From: Podarcis melisellensis
Lineage: Eukaryota
Assembly (NCBI GenBank): GCA_964234715.1
Contig: OZ174280.1
Strand: one strand, 5' to 3'
Length of the DNA: 64,000 nucleotides
Position 1 is the stretch's first letter. Each line of letters begins with the position of its first letter. The position numbers and the translations under genes are program-made. The notes beneath the pieces are model-generated. The model was not told the DNA's origin, searched no databases, and worked only from the letters and a program-made list of their open reading frames with translations. This document shows positions 24,416-37,232 of the stretch, in pieces.

Positions 24416-25045
24416 GATTAGAGTGTTCTCTTCAGATGCATGTAGATCAGAGGTATACTCAGTGTTCCCAGAATGAATGCCTGAAAGCGGATTTAGTGAA
24501 CTGGTAAACTGGGAATAACAATCCTCTGGCCCTCTTTGGACTACAGCCAGCTCCCATCATCTCTGACCATGAGCCATGCTAGCTGGGGCTGATAGGAGTG
24601 GAAGCCCAAAATCCCGATGGTAAACAATGGAGCTTGTGTTACACATTTTTATGTGTTTTCAATCTTTACAGGGCACCCTATAACAAAATGTTCTCAGGGC
24701 AGCTTATAGGATAAACGAAAGAGGAATGCAATCAATTGTGATGCAGCACTAAAACCAAACCCCAAATTAAAATAGAGAAACAGAAACAAGCCCACAGTAC
24801 TGTATCACACATCCTTCTCTCAAACTGCTGCTACATGACAGTTTCTACAAGGGAAGATTTCAGTTCCATGAACTCTTCTGTTAAATACAAAACTGCCTGC
24901 ACCATAAGCAGCCTGTTAAAAATTGCACCCTTCCCCAAGCCAGTGTAAAGGGAACCATAATCACAGCAAGAATTCCAATTAAAAAATCCAGCCAAGGTTA
25001 TCATTTATGATTAACTCTCAAGTACCAGGTATGGAAGGCACTCAC

Positions 25046-25114
25046 ATTAAGTCTATCAAAGAGGTCATCTTCAGGCTGTTTGTTTTCCATGAACAACTGA
25101 AGATTCTTAAAAAC
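25046..25114 (-). CDS. TOP1: TOP1 exon 16
   Basis: ttgtag|GTTTTT...CTTAAT|gtgagt; 69 nt; VFKNLQLFMENKQPEDDLFDRLN. Confidence 0.97.
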
Positions 25115-25579
25115 CTACAAGGCAAACGGATGGGAGAGAAGAAGACCATTACAGCATGAAAAAAAGAAACTGGATGGACATAATTCCAACTTGATGGCGG
25201 TATAACGTGCTCCTCACTAATTCACATGTCCATGCTTCCATGTACACAATGCTGAAGGAACACTGGCCTACAGGAAGTGTGTTGGTGGATCCGGCAAACA
25301 AGGGATAGGAGTACATAGACCACTATTCATCAGTGGTGTGTGTGTGTGTGAGGGGGAAGAAGCAACAAATATTTTCCTGATTGAAGAGGTATATTAAAGA
25401 ACTGGGGTGCCTTCCCAATAAGAATAGGCTGAAAGCACTAAGGTAGAGATGATTTTGGGGGGCAGGGAGAGCTACAGAACTTTATAAAAACAATTACCAC
25501 TATGGAGACATGAAGAAAAAGAAAATTAAAGGAGGATCCATTAACCATGAAATTTAAATGGAACCTCCTTGTTTAGATG

Positions 25580-25706
25580 CAGTTGGAAAGAGCATGAGAC
25601 TCTTAATCTCAGGGTTGTGGGTCTTTGGGCAAAACAATTCCTGCATTGCAGGGGGGTGGACTAGATGACCCTTGTGGTCCCATCAAAATCTACATTTCTA
25701 TGACTC
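25580..25706 (+). mobile_element. Squam2-like SINE (tRNA-Lys head + CR1 tail), degraded
   Basis: agagcatgagactcttaatctcagggttgtgggt...ttcctgcattgcaggggg..ggactagatgaccc...ttctatga. Confidence 0.75.
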
Positions 25707-25851
25707 CAAGATGTGAAATATTTATGTCCAGATGGACACTGTACTTACTCAAGGTGAGATCTAAAGACTCACCAGAAGAAAGACAATTCAGTAAGAAGAC
25801 TTTTCAGACTCCCTTTAATTAAATGTTAAGTGCACAAGAAAAAATCCTTAC

Positions 25852-26037
25852 CCTTTTCTCAACAGGGACTTTGTTGTAGTATCGTATGGAATCCTTTCCA
25901 AGGAAGTCAAATTCTACCACGTATTCCTGGCCATCCAACTCTGGATGCAAATTAATATGTTCTACACGGAGGGAGCAGCAGCCCACTGTGTCAGCCGTCT
26001 CCCCTTCCTCTTTCTCATTACCAGCTCTCAGAGCAAG
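25852..26037 (-). CDS. TOP1: TOP1 exon 15 (catalytic R488 and K532 equivalents)
   Basis: ttgcag|CTTGCT...AAAAGG|gtaagg; 186 nt; [62 protein letters not shown]. Confidence 0.98.
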
Positions 26038-26759
26038 CTGCAAATATGAAACAATGAAAAAGAGCAGAGATATGTCACAAATAACACTCAAAACAGGAGG
26101 CATTTTTAACCCCATTGGTTACCCAGTGAGAAGCTGCTTCAGGATTCCTCGTGCTAAGAAGCTATCTGTTGAAACTCCAGAGCTGAGATTATACCATTTG
26201 TAAATGCAACTGAAAGAATACACTAGGCTTGGTCCCATGTTATTTATTTGCTTAGGTGACTGGGGGCCTGTCTGTGTGCTGTCCACATGCCTTAATGTGC
26301 TAACACGGGGCAGTGCTTATAGATATGTTAGTGCCAATTTTACCACTGATGTTGCAGCAAAATTCCATTTATCATTACTTGATTCCAGAATAGATCTGCC
26401 CACTTTAGCTGCCACCTCTTAACAGCATTGCAAAAAGTAAATTGTGTGTGCATGTATGTACATATGCAGAGGCGTCCCAAGGAAAGTGGGCAGAATTTTA
26501 CCCGTACTCATTCAGCTCATAGTTAAGCAATCACAAAAAGCAGTGCATTTGCCAAGGAAAGCTTCCCATCTCTGCTTTAGAAATATTTCTGGATTATTCA
26601 GTTCCATTGGCACCTACTTCAAACATCTCTCCAGCACATTTAGTACCGTTGTGCTTAGAAGCTTATCAGTTTCAAACCAATGCTTCAACAAGTCTAGGCT
26701 GAGGAGCCCTGCCTAGGCAATAAAAAAAGGAAGGAACTGGAAAAGTGACAGATTCTCAC

Positions 26760-26903
26760 TTTGTCAATGAAGTACAGCGCAACCGCCCTCTGCCGCACTT
26801 TCATCTCTTTGGACTTCCAGTCTTCTCGATAATTATTTCGAATCTTATCTACACATTTCTTCAGTCTCCGAGCAGTCTCATATTTCTGCCAGTCCTTCTC
26901 ACC
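26760..26903 (-). CDS. TOP1: TOP1 exon 14
   Basis: ctgcag|GGTGAG...GACAAA|gtgaga; 144 nt; [48 protein letters not shown]. Confidence 0.97.
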
Positions 26904-27177
26904 CTGCAGAGGCAATCACAAGGAACAACATGAGGACCTGCTCCAAAGCATAAAGGCTCCAGTTTGGAGATGGAGCATATTTTAAGAACACTTTCCCAAG
27001 ATTCCCTCATTGCCACCATACAGACATTATTCGACTTGAACGTTACTGCCTATTTCAGAAGTGCTTAAGGGGTTAAGAAGTTTTAAAGACCCACTAAGCT
27101 GGTAGCAGAGTTGCAAAAAAGTTATGAAGTACTCTTTGGGTCTTCCATTTAATGACACATCGATTCCTTAGGAACAG

Positions 27178-27320
27178 TCAGTAGTTCAGTAGTCCCTGGT
27201 TCAATTCCAGCATCTCCAGGAAGGGCTGGGAAAGACTCTCATCTGAAATCCTGGAGAGCTGCTTGCAGTCAGTGTAGATGCTGCCGAACTAGATGGAGCA
27301 GTACAGGGCAGATTCCTATG
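27178..27320 (+). mobile_element. tRNA-derived SINE fragment
   Basis: gtccctggttcaattccagcatctccagg.agggctgggaaagactc...gtcagtgtaga...ctagatgga. Confidence 0.6.
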
Positions 27321-27376
27321 ATACAGAGCATTGGGCATGTCAGAAGTAGCTTGCAAGTTTTCAGACAAACTATCAC

Positions 27377-27521
27377 CTTGATTCTAGAACTGGGATTCAA
27401 CATGATGTACTTAATAGATCCTTGGATGTTCTCTGTCCATGACACCAACCAGGTCACCTTGTTATCATGCCGGACTTCTTTCCATTTATGTCCAGGGGGA
27501 GGGGGAGGAACTTTTGAATCT
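27377..27521 (-). CDS. TOP1: TOP1 exon 13
   Basis: atacag|AGATTC...ATCAAG|gtgata; 145 nt; [48 protein letters not shown]. Confidence 0.97.
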
Positions 27522-28353
27522 CTGTATAAGGGTGGAGGAAAACAAACAACAAGAACACAACAATGATTTCAAAACTGAAAAGACTACAAGCTGTGAATAA
27601 CAGAAAAATACAACCAGGAAATAATTTATTCAGTTTAATTCCGATAATCAAAGCTGGAACCATTAATTGAAATGAAAGTCACAATACGAACTGTCTAGAT
27701 TCGCCAGATATTTATAGGCCTCAAGCCCGGCAATCAGAAAAACCAAGTGTGTAAATGTTTGCATCAATTCTTGTATATATCTGCTTTAAGATTCTTAAAG
27801 GTTTTAAAGCAAACAAGGCTTATGCTATTCTTACAAATAAAAACTACTATCTTAAGCTTATTGGCATGTTAAAAACTACTAAGCAATTTAGACACTGTAA
27901 TGTTTTGAAACAGCCCTGTTGAGGTATGTTAAGAAGTCTTTCCCTCTGCAACCTTTACCCTGCACTCATGTTTCTACAAATCACTTTTGCAGAAATACCA
28001 AACTGCCTAAGGAGCTGAAATCTTACCTCACTCCATCAGCTCTCACCATCCAGTCCCACCTTCCCCAAACCTTGCTTACTGAATATAATATTTTGCTCCT
28101 TAGGAAGACCAGGCTATCAATATCCTAAGGTCTTCTGAAACTGGGCAAATTGCTCTTTTGGCTTGAACTATAAGCTACCATGTCCTGAACTACAGATCTT
28201 TTTCAACAGGTTTGACATGGTAAACATTGAGTAAGAGAGATCCCATGTTATCACAGTATACCAGGGACCAAGTTGTGATGGGGCTATACCCTCCACAACC
28301 TATTAAAGTTAAAGAGATACGACGGCGTCTGTATCTCTTTATAAGAGATCTGT

Positions 28354-28383
28354 ATAAGATCAGTGAAGTTACAACAAGAGCTA
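28354..28383. repeat. 30-bp exact dispersed direct repeat, copy 1 (copy 2 at 29630-29659)
   Basis: ataagatcagtgaagttacaacaagagcta at both positions. Confidence 0.95.
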
Positions 28384-28803
28384 GGAAACTGGTCTGAAGT
28401 GACATAAGGCAAGTGATTTGTTAAAGTTAACCAAGTCTTAGGCTGAACAGCAGAATGCCTGTTTGTCTCAAAGTAAGCTACTTTGAGCTTCACAAAGGAA
28501 AAAGGAGGGTGGAAATGCAACCACTACCATCTACTAATATTTAATAATAAATAGATTCAAACATTTGAGTTTTGCCTGTTCACAATACTCTTTTTTTAAA
28601 GAAACAAACTAATGATCTGACAGTTGTTTGTGAACTACGGTGAAAAGTTCACAAGTGAAACTTAACGTGGTATGTACTGGACTTCAACTCTTGGGCTGCA
28701 CTTATGTTAGAGAGGTTATCCGGAGTGAAAAGCCTGAACACAGCTGCTACGCATTATAACCAAAAGTCACTCCTAGCTAGTGTGTGAAATCTTCCATGCT
28801 CAC

Positions 28804-28991
28804 TTGCTACAATTGATGATGATGTCTTCTGGCATTATCCGCCTCTTCAGCATGCCCATTTTAGGATGGTTTCCACGCCCTCTGAAGAGACCCGGAGGCT
28901 CAATCTTAAAGTTGGCAATTCTTTCCTTATGGTTATCCATAATACAATAGCCATATTCTTTTAATAACCGCTCGTTCTCCTCTTTAATTTT
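28804..28991 (-). CDS. TOP1: TOP1 exon 12
   Basis: ccctag|AAAATT...AGCAA|gtgagc; 188 nt; [62 protein letters not shown](K). Confidence 0.97.
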
Positions 28992-29411
28992 CTAGGGGAA
29001 AACAAAACACCCACAAAAAAGAAAAAAATTACAACACACTCCAAACCGCACTATAAATTATTCAGAACCAGAGTTACAGGAAATTCATTAGCTCCATCCA
29101 GGTTGTGCTGCAAGAGGCATTTTACAAGTACAGCAAAGCAGTGAAAGAAAGAGGTTGTGATCTTGAGAGTGTTAATAGTCACAGGCCTACTCAACACAGT
29201 TTAGAAACAACTTGAAATATCCCCAGCATTTCAACATCCCATCCTTCCACCATGACTAGCCCATCTCAACCACACTTCTCATTTATCTGAAGTCTTATCT
29301 CTGGGCCAGCCTTTAATCCCTTCCTTAATTCACCATTTATCACCCATCATATTAGATTGTACCCTTTGTTTGCACCTTGAAACAACAACAACAAATTCTA
29401 AATCAAGTTAC

Positions 29412-29534
29412 CTGTTTTTCCTCCTTGGTCATCTGTTTTCTGGCTTCTGACTGGGCTTTGAAATACTGACTCATATGGTTAAAGTCACACTTGCTGAGGC
29501 TGGTGATGGTACTCTTTTCTTCATGGGTCATTTC
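29412..29534 (-). CDS. TOP1: TOP1 exon 11
   Basis: ttgcag|GAAATG...AAACAG|gtaact; 123 nt; EMTHEEKSTITSLSKCDFNHMSQYFKAQSEARKQMTKEEKQ. Confidence 0.97.
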
Positions 29535-31493
29535 CTGCAAAAAAGAAATCTGAATCTGTAAAAGGCTTAAAAAGGAAACTGCACTCCACCTTGTTTTCAG
29601 TAAAGTCAGTTTGGATGCTGCTATCAGAAATAAGATCAGTGAAGTTACAACAAGAGCTATAAACCTATAAAAGGCCAAATGCAGAATGGAAGAACATTGT
29701 GGTTTCATCTTTGAGACTTATTAACATCTAATTAAGAAAGAAGGCATCCTTCAGCAAACCATACTCAAGTGCTGAGAGATGAAACCTTATCAACATTCTT
29801 CACCAAAGAAGTCTCTGAAGTTAGGGACTGTATGTCAAGTATATTCCTATAATTTCATGTTATTTCCAAGGGAGCTTGAAATCCTGATTTTAAACCCCTT
29901 TCGGAATGGGGAGCGCAGAACCGAATGGAGGGAGGGAGACAAGGAAGAATTCCAGATTGCTGTGCAGTCACACACCTGGACTCGGGAAGCTCTTCTTAGC
30001 TTTCCTCTAATTATTAAATTTTTCGCCAGGCATTGCCCAGGATGGATTTGATATTCAAGCTTTTTTAAAGAATGCTAAGACTCTCAGGGTGCCAAATATT
30101 GCACTTGAACAATGCTCCTGCAGGCATTGTTTTTTACAGAAGTACCCCTGTCTCCTAGGAGTCCAGAGTGAAATATAGGAAGCTCTCTCAGTTTATGTGA
30201 ACAATGCTGCGAGGTATCTAGGCCGAGAAACGATTTCCTCCAAGCAGCTAAAGGCAGAATATGGTACTTCTCTCCAACCATTTCATCTTCACAACAACAG
30301 TGAAAGATGGTTGAAAAACTGGTCTGATGTCATCGAATGATACTACACTAGCTAGTATACATTATTTTGATCATACTTGTTCCATGTTACATAAACAGAA
30401 GAGAAGGCAGCCAGCCTGGGTCACCTGTGACAGCCTATTTAATATGCTTCATCACTTGGCAGACTTTTAATAAAAGGTTCCTGGTCCACAGAGTTTAAGT
30501 AGAGCGTGCCTGTGAAACACAGACACATTTCACCGTTTCAGATAGTTTGTGGCCATTCTAGGACAGTGCTTCGCACAAAGTAAAAAAATAGTAATAATCA
30601 AGCCATTTCAACTTAACCAAAGCATTAAACAGCACTGCTATCACCAGGCAAAAGGAGCTGTCTCTTCTTCGCATGACTGACACCTCTTGTAGTTCCCAAC
30701 TTTAGGATACAGGTACAACAATGGATATCAGACAAGATGCCTCTAGTCTAAGGCATTATTTAAGCTCCAACTGCTTAAATCATGGCAACCATGAGCATAC
30801 ACAAGCATAATATAATTTTACTTGCAAAATATAGATTTATTTAAAAACCTAATTGCCTACTAGACAACACTGACTACAAACTGGGGGGCACAAAATTTCT
30901 TTGAATAAGCAACTTATCTGTGCATTCTAAATACCCCAAAATACAAAAGCTGAATGTAAACCTCACTTAGGAACAAATCAACCCTCCTGCTTAAACACTA
31001 CAAGGAAATTCTCTATTTGCCAAATGGAGGAGGGTTGACTTCACGTCTCTGGCTTAGATTTCCTCTCGACTCTCCTCTTGCCCCCTTATAGCACAAGTAA
31101 GAATCTGCTTTCTTCGCTTATTTCTCTTCTTCTCCTTCCTGTTTTAGGAGTTTCTCTCTTTTCTCAGCCAAACAAAATGTAGCAAATCTGTTCTATTCCT
31201 CCCCAGAACATTTCATATTCTCTCTTACTCACTCACTCACTCACTCAAAGTTGCACATGCAGTAATAGTGACTGGCTGTTGGAAAACGACGAAGGCAAAC
31301 AGAAACAAATTTCCTGCCCTTCCTCAAGCACAGAACCCCAAGTGTTCAATGAGGAAGCAAAGACGCAATGAGACATCTGCTACTACCGTAAAAGCAACAA
31401 TTTAGCAGGTGTCCAGGCAAGTGGCAAACTGCATGCCTACTTTATCTACCTAAGGAACCAAACACTCCCACCCTTCCATAACCTTGACCATAC

Positions 31494-31615
31494 CTTTCTC
31501 CAGTCTTTGAAGAAGTTTTTCCTGAAGATGTCCTTTGTAGTGTATTCGTGATCAAGCATTTTTGCAAAGAACGTTGCTACTTCTTCTGCTTTGGGACTGA
31601 GCTTCATAACTTTAC
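31494..31615 (-). CDS. TOP1: TOP1 exon 10
   Basis: ttgtag|GTAAAG...AGAAAG|gtatgg; 122 nt; (G)KVMKLSPKAEEVATFFAKMLDHEYTTKDIFRKNFFKDWRK. Confidence 0.97.
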
Positions 31616-34210
31616 CTACAACAGAGAAGGCAATCCATGAGGAAACAGGAAAAAACGAGGTGGCATCCTACAGACGCTGAACCCCTCAACCAGCCTACTC
31701 CTCTTACCTCAGAGAGAAGGGATCCAGGAACATCCCTCCCCAGCGTTGGCCCTCTGTGAATATACAATGCACAGCCAAAATAATGACCCTACGAACAAGT
31801 TATTGAACATCCTTGTGTTTCAGGGGAAGCCAGGGGTCAGGAGGAGGAGGGCTGTAACCAAAGTCACACACTGGGCTCCAAATTTGACTATGGGCAGTAC
31901 AATTTTACTTGCATGAAAATAGTGTTTGGTCTGATTCTAAGTTATTCAGAAGCGAATGAAGTCAGGTACTCCAATTTTGGGTTTCTGTTTCGCTTTCAAA
32001 AAGGAAGAGCACAGGAATTTTTGCACCTTTAAAAAGGGAGACTCTGGAACTGTGTTAATATGCGAAACGACCAACATACAAACAAGGAGAGGAGGAATTA
32101 GCTCCCAAAACAACCAAGGGAAGAGGCCAACAGTAGAAAGAGCACACTGAAGAGGACAAGGCTAAGTTAAGAAACCCAGCCATCGCAGACCACAAGCAGA
32201 GCCAGACTGGAAGGAGGGAAAATTTCCCCTGGAGAGGAGGTGAAAGGCCTTGAAGACGCTGCCTGTCTAATCCAGTAGGGGGAGCTATTCCACTCAGGAA
32301 TGTGCTCCAGCTCTGTCCTTGGGAAGAAGTGCAATCTCCAATGAAGTATGGCATTAATGTTTTGAATTTATCCATTGAGTTCTATTAGCTCTCACTTCCT
32401 TCTCTGGGGATACTTAAAAAAAAAAAACCTTTCTTTTTATTTCTCTGAGTCTTTTCCACCATCCTCTTTACCCAGTCACACCATCCCATTCCCACTCAGC
32501 TGTCAGTCTGCAGGCATTGAGTACATTCAGGGGTTGTTTGGTATTTTTGAAGAGGGGTGGAGTTATTCCTTCTTAGTTCCTCTGTCCAAGTCTTCTTGCA
32601 CTTCTGCAAACCTCAGGGGTACCCCGAGTTTGCCAATGGCATCCTCCTGTGTGTGGCTTTCGCTATTTCCAGGTAATTTGCAACAGCACTCAGATGACGG
32701 ATTTGGAATTAGAATACAGGATGAAGGAATCTCTTAACTCTTCCCCTGTGGATGTACAGTGAGACTCTTCTCTGACTACAGCGAGTTCAATCCTATTAGT
32801 CTACAAGAGGCGAAGCAATCAAAGGATTCCCAAGGGTGAAGAAGAAGCATAGTAGTTCAGCTGTATGCTCCCATGTAACAACATTGGCTTGCCATGAGGC
32901 CTAGTGGGGCCGGCCCCATTATATGCATAAAGCAAGGGATAAAGGAATCAGGCTCTCGTGGCAGAAAAGTAATAGCTGACATGCCCATCATCAGACTGTC
33001 TTCCTCTTTATCCTGTTCTTGAGGATCATATAACTGGCACAAGGATCCTCCTTATTGGGCTGATTTTGTGCTGTGTGAGAGGACACTGGTATTTCTAACT
33101 CCACTGGCTTAAAAAGTTCTTGTTAAAAGGCTGCCTGCTTGATATACCAGTGATTCGTGACTGTCCTCTTTCCCCTTGACTGAAGAATTGTAATAGAGGC
33201 TCAGCATGAAATAACTAGCTGCGCAGAAAGGCAGATTTTTCCCACAGCTCAAGGGGGAAGCAACTGCTGCATCAATGCGCTGCAGACCCAACATCTCCCC
33301 CTTTCTAACCAATGTGACTAATGTAGACCCAGACAGTGTTAACGTCACACCAGTCTTCAGTGCACCCAGAGAAGGTGCTTGCCAGCATTCCACAGCAATA
33401 CCAAACAGGAACAAATATTTCACTTGCCAGCAGCCTAAAGAGTTGGCATCATTTCAGAATAATGGATTCCTGTGAAATCCAATCCAGCCACTACTTGTAC
33501 TGGTATAGTTAAGGCAGACAGAGAAGGCAATATGGAGTCTTCATGATGCATAGGGTGTGCCCAGGGTGGGGGGGAAAGGAATTTTCCATCTAGCTTGAAG
33601 GAAGTAAACTATAGAAAAGTACTACAGAAAACTGCTAAGAAGAGTACTTCTGAATGTTGTAAAAGATTTATGGCCATCTGATCTATGTTGTAACATCTAT
33701 TTTGGAAGATTAGGAACATAGGAATGATGTTCACTTGACATTTTGTGCTCTGATAGGGATATCAAACTCACAAAGGCACAGAGGTACAATCTGGGGTTTG
33801 TCCTTTCAAATACTCAGAAGCACAATCAGGAAAGGGACTGGGTCCCTGCTTCTATCTATCTTTGAGCACGAAGGAGGTAGAAAGTGGAGAATGAAGTGTA
33901 CGGTCCAATGCCTGTGGTCTCATAATGCTAAAACAAGGTTTCACGTAATTTCTGAATGAGACCAGTAACTACATCGAGTGTTCATGTGCTATTAAGACAG
34001 TTTCTAGGATGATTTGGTAGGGAGACTGAATATAAACCATTTGGGGATTTTATACATTAGTGGCAGCTTGGTCAAACTGCATTCAACTGATTTCACTGTG
34101 ATAGGGCCAGAGGTGTTTATTCCCCTGAAAATATAAATATCAAGTTAATTTAAATTGCTCACAAACTTGCTTGGGGAGATTACTTGGGCATAGATGCCAT
34201 AAGCTTTCAA

Positions 34211-34432
34211 TTACAGATAGGTAGCCGTGTTGGTCTGCCATAGTCAAAACAAAAAAAAAATCCTTCCAGTAGCACCTTAAAGACCAACTAAGTCAGTTCT
34301 TGGTATGAGCTTTCGTGTGCATGCACACTTTTTCAGATACACTGAAACAGAAGTTTCCAGACCCTTCTATATAGTGAGAAGGTGGGGAGGGGTATTACTC
34401 AGAAGGGTGGTGGGAATGGGTGATTGGCAGAT
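34211..34432 (-). mobile_element. Penelope-like element terminal-repeat fragment
   Basis: ggtagccgtgttggtctg...gtagcaccttaaagaccaact...gagctttcgtgtgcatgcacac, typical squamate PLE end; flanking direct repeat agctttcaa at 34202-34210 and 34433-34441. Confidence 0.8.
34303..34340 (-). ncRNA. minimal type I hammerhead ribozyme motif (PLE-associated), core G8->A variant
   Basis: Minus strand GUAU-CUGAAAA-A-GUGUG(CAUG)CACAC-GAAA-GCUC-AUAC: stem I GUAU/AUAC, stem II, GAAA core, CUC triplet. Confidence 0.7.
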
Positions 34433-35535
34433 AGCTTTCAACTAATTCATATGGGCCAATTAATCCTTTTCACATTTCATATTTTAAAGGAACTTGAAAA
34501 CATAGTTTATAATGATGGCAGCAATCTCCGGAGCCAGCATAAATAGTCATGTCAACCTCCTTTTCAGTAAATTTAATCTCTCAGACACTGGAAAGGTTCC
34601 AACCGTCATTACAGATGAGTCAGAACCAGGAAATTCAACAGGGATAGGGTGGGAAGAAGATATGGATAATCTCTGAATTGACCTTTGGTCATTGGGCAGG
34701 GACAGTATGTTAAGTGGCAATACCTTGCTCTGGAAGCAAAGGACCCTCAACCAGCTTTAGCAAGACAGAACTAGAAGTAGCCCTCAATGAGAACATGCCT
34801 TGCATTCTAACTGGAAAGGTGCGTGTAGGCAATGAATGCACATCAGCTGCACATGAGCAATTCCACTGCCAAAAATAATGGCACTGGGTCAGACTTGAGA
34901 AATAAAACCACTTTAAAGGAAAATATTATTACCAGACAGCACTCACTGTCATTAAAAAAAATGAAAGGGAAAAAGCATTATCTCTGAACAACTTTTGCTA
35001 TGAGAACCCACCACTGAAATACATTCCACTTTCTCAAAACAAACCTCATTTAATATGACTGGATACTTCACAAGTGTCTTCCTATGCAATTATGTATCTT
35101 TCATTCCTGCTACTAACGCTTTAACATTTCTAAATGACACTGCATTCACAGCTCTGGGAATGATCCAGCACTTCTGTGCAGACATCAGGGAGAACAAGGG
35201 AACACAGCATCCTGTCTCTGCACCAGTCACAGTTCACTGTCCACACAGGGCGACAAGAGGGTTAAGGATTGCCACATCACAAGCCTTGAATGGAGGAGGA
35301 GGAAAGGGAGATGGACAGACCTGTACTCAGCAGCCTCCAGAATCCAGCACTGGTTGCATGGTTGTGCAGATGAAATTCCAACCACCTCCAGAGAATATAT
35401 AAATCACCAGCCACATTTTACCAGCATGGGATGCCCCTCCCTACAAGGTCTCCCAGTATGGGCTTTTTCTGCCTTATGAATGCTCATTATAAAGACACCT
35501 ATTTCTCCACCAAACACCAGCCTTTAATAGCTTAC

Positions 35536-35651
35536 CATCATAGTAGAATTTGACATTTTCAGGCACAGGTTCATATGGTGGTGCAAACACAGGGCCTTTG
35601 TGTTCCAAGAATTTCCACTTAATACCTTCAGGATAGCGCTCTTCCTCCCAC
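35536..35651 (-). CDS. TOP1: TOP1 exon 9 (start of core domain)
   Basis: tttaaag|GTGGGAG...GATG|gtaagc; 116 nt; [38 protein letters not shown]. Confidence 0.97.
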
Positions 35652-37168
35652 CTTTAAAAAAAAGGGGGTGGGGGTGGGAGAGAGAAACATGTGCTCATTC
35701 AAATGCCATATGGATTCAGAATCTACAAATGGGGCACCATGAATGCTAAAATTAGTCAATTCAGCAAATTCAACAATCCATCCTTTCATTTACTCCATTT
35801 ACTTCTTTCATTTTTATAATGCCTTCCAACAAGACACCCAATATAATTTAGCATATTAGAACAGGAAATGGTACAAAAGGTTCTCAGGTTCCTTGCCTCT
35901 GACTTCCCTGAGAGGATATAGGTCTTTCTTAAGAAGCCCCAGGAAAGGCTGGGGTGGGGCTGCCCCAAGAGTTCTCTTAGGACTTGGTGGTCATATTCTT
36001 CCTCGCCTGGGCTTCTTCATTTCCACCTTCCCTCAGGGCACATGGGTTTTGTTGTTTCATTTATTCACACAAAACTTCTACTATATTTTAATCTAGAAAG
36101 CCAACCCGTTGTGCTACACACATTACCCATGTCTGCATTTATCAGCCAACACTTTCTGACCGCCTCACAAGCAAGACAATATATTCCAGGCTTCTTCACA
36201 AAGCAGCTAGCATTGTTTTTATGTCAGTTTAGATGCATGTCTTACTTGTATACACCACTTGGGGTGTTAGTAAAAGCAACAGGGAGAAGAAATCCCCAGA
36301 GTAACCTGCACTAGGGTCAGTGACCTCGCCTGTGGTCAGCAGAGGGAAATGATGATTAATGTTGCTTGAGGTACAGAAATGGCACAGGACAAACTCATCC
36401 CCACTTAGAAGTCTGTTGGGTTGTACTGGCAGCAGGGGATGACACTTTTCAGCAATAACACTAAATCCAAATCTGAAAGGCTCAAATTCTCAGGTACTTG
36501 TTATGTCTCTACAGAAAAACCTGAAATAGGCATTTCCGGTACAGGGATTCACAACGTATCACCAGTGAGCCATATCTTTCTTCCTAGATTCACTCAGCAA
36601 CTGACTTATGTGTTTAGTCTATATGTGTTTAGTCTATCTGTATTTCAAGTGGCAGAACTGAAGGTCACATAATATCTTACAGCAGAAGCAGGCACTGGGT
36701 AAAGGGCGGGTAGATGCTATTTTTAAAAAGTTTTGTTTTCATTGTGTGTAGAAACATACAGAGAGCAGAGATGCTCCTCAACTTTTTTCTACAGTGTATA
36801 CTGGGCAGGAAGGGAGCGCGGAGGGGAGAGGATCTTTTAGCTTCCACTTTATTACTGTGTGGAAAGAGCTCTTAGCAACAGTTTTTAAGGTGTCCTGCAG
36901 CTATCACACACTGTGTGAAGTAGCTCCAAAAGAAATAGTGGTTGGATGGGGATACAGAAAGATCCTAAAAGATAAAAAGAAACATTGGAAGCAGCCCAAA
37001 GTATCATAAATTACCTCCATGCTAGTTTCACCAGCTCTACCACTTGGAAAGAGTTGCTATGACTTAGACCTTAGCCATTTTCACCCCTGGCTATGTGGGA
37101 ATACAGAGAGACTTTATCTACCACTAGAACTAGTGCTGAGAATAATAGGTTGATTCCTCATATTACTT

Positions 37169-37232
37169 ATCTGATAGAAGGTTGGCATTACTCCTCTAAA
37201 ATCTGATAGAAGGTTGGCATTACTCCTCCAAA
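37169..37232. repeat. 32-bp tandem duplication
   Basis: atctgatagaaggttggcattactcctcYaaa x2. Confidence 0.95.

Noticed and set aside
24425-24445. Second hammerhead-like CUGAAGA on the minus strand
   Set aside because: No stem II or GAAA follows.
25580-25625. tRNA-Lys-like sequence
   Set aside because: Incomplete cloverleaf fused to a CR1-type tail; a SINE head, not a tRNA gene.
28354-28440. Duplicated 30-mer ends in CUGA on the TOP1 strand (possible C/D snoRNA pair)
   Set aside because: No RUGAUGA box C upstream of either copy and no similarity outside the 30 bp.
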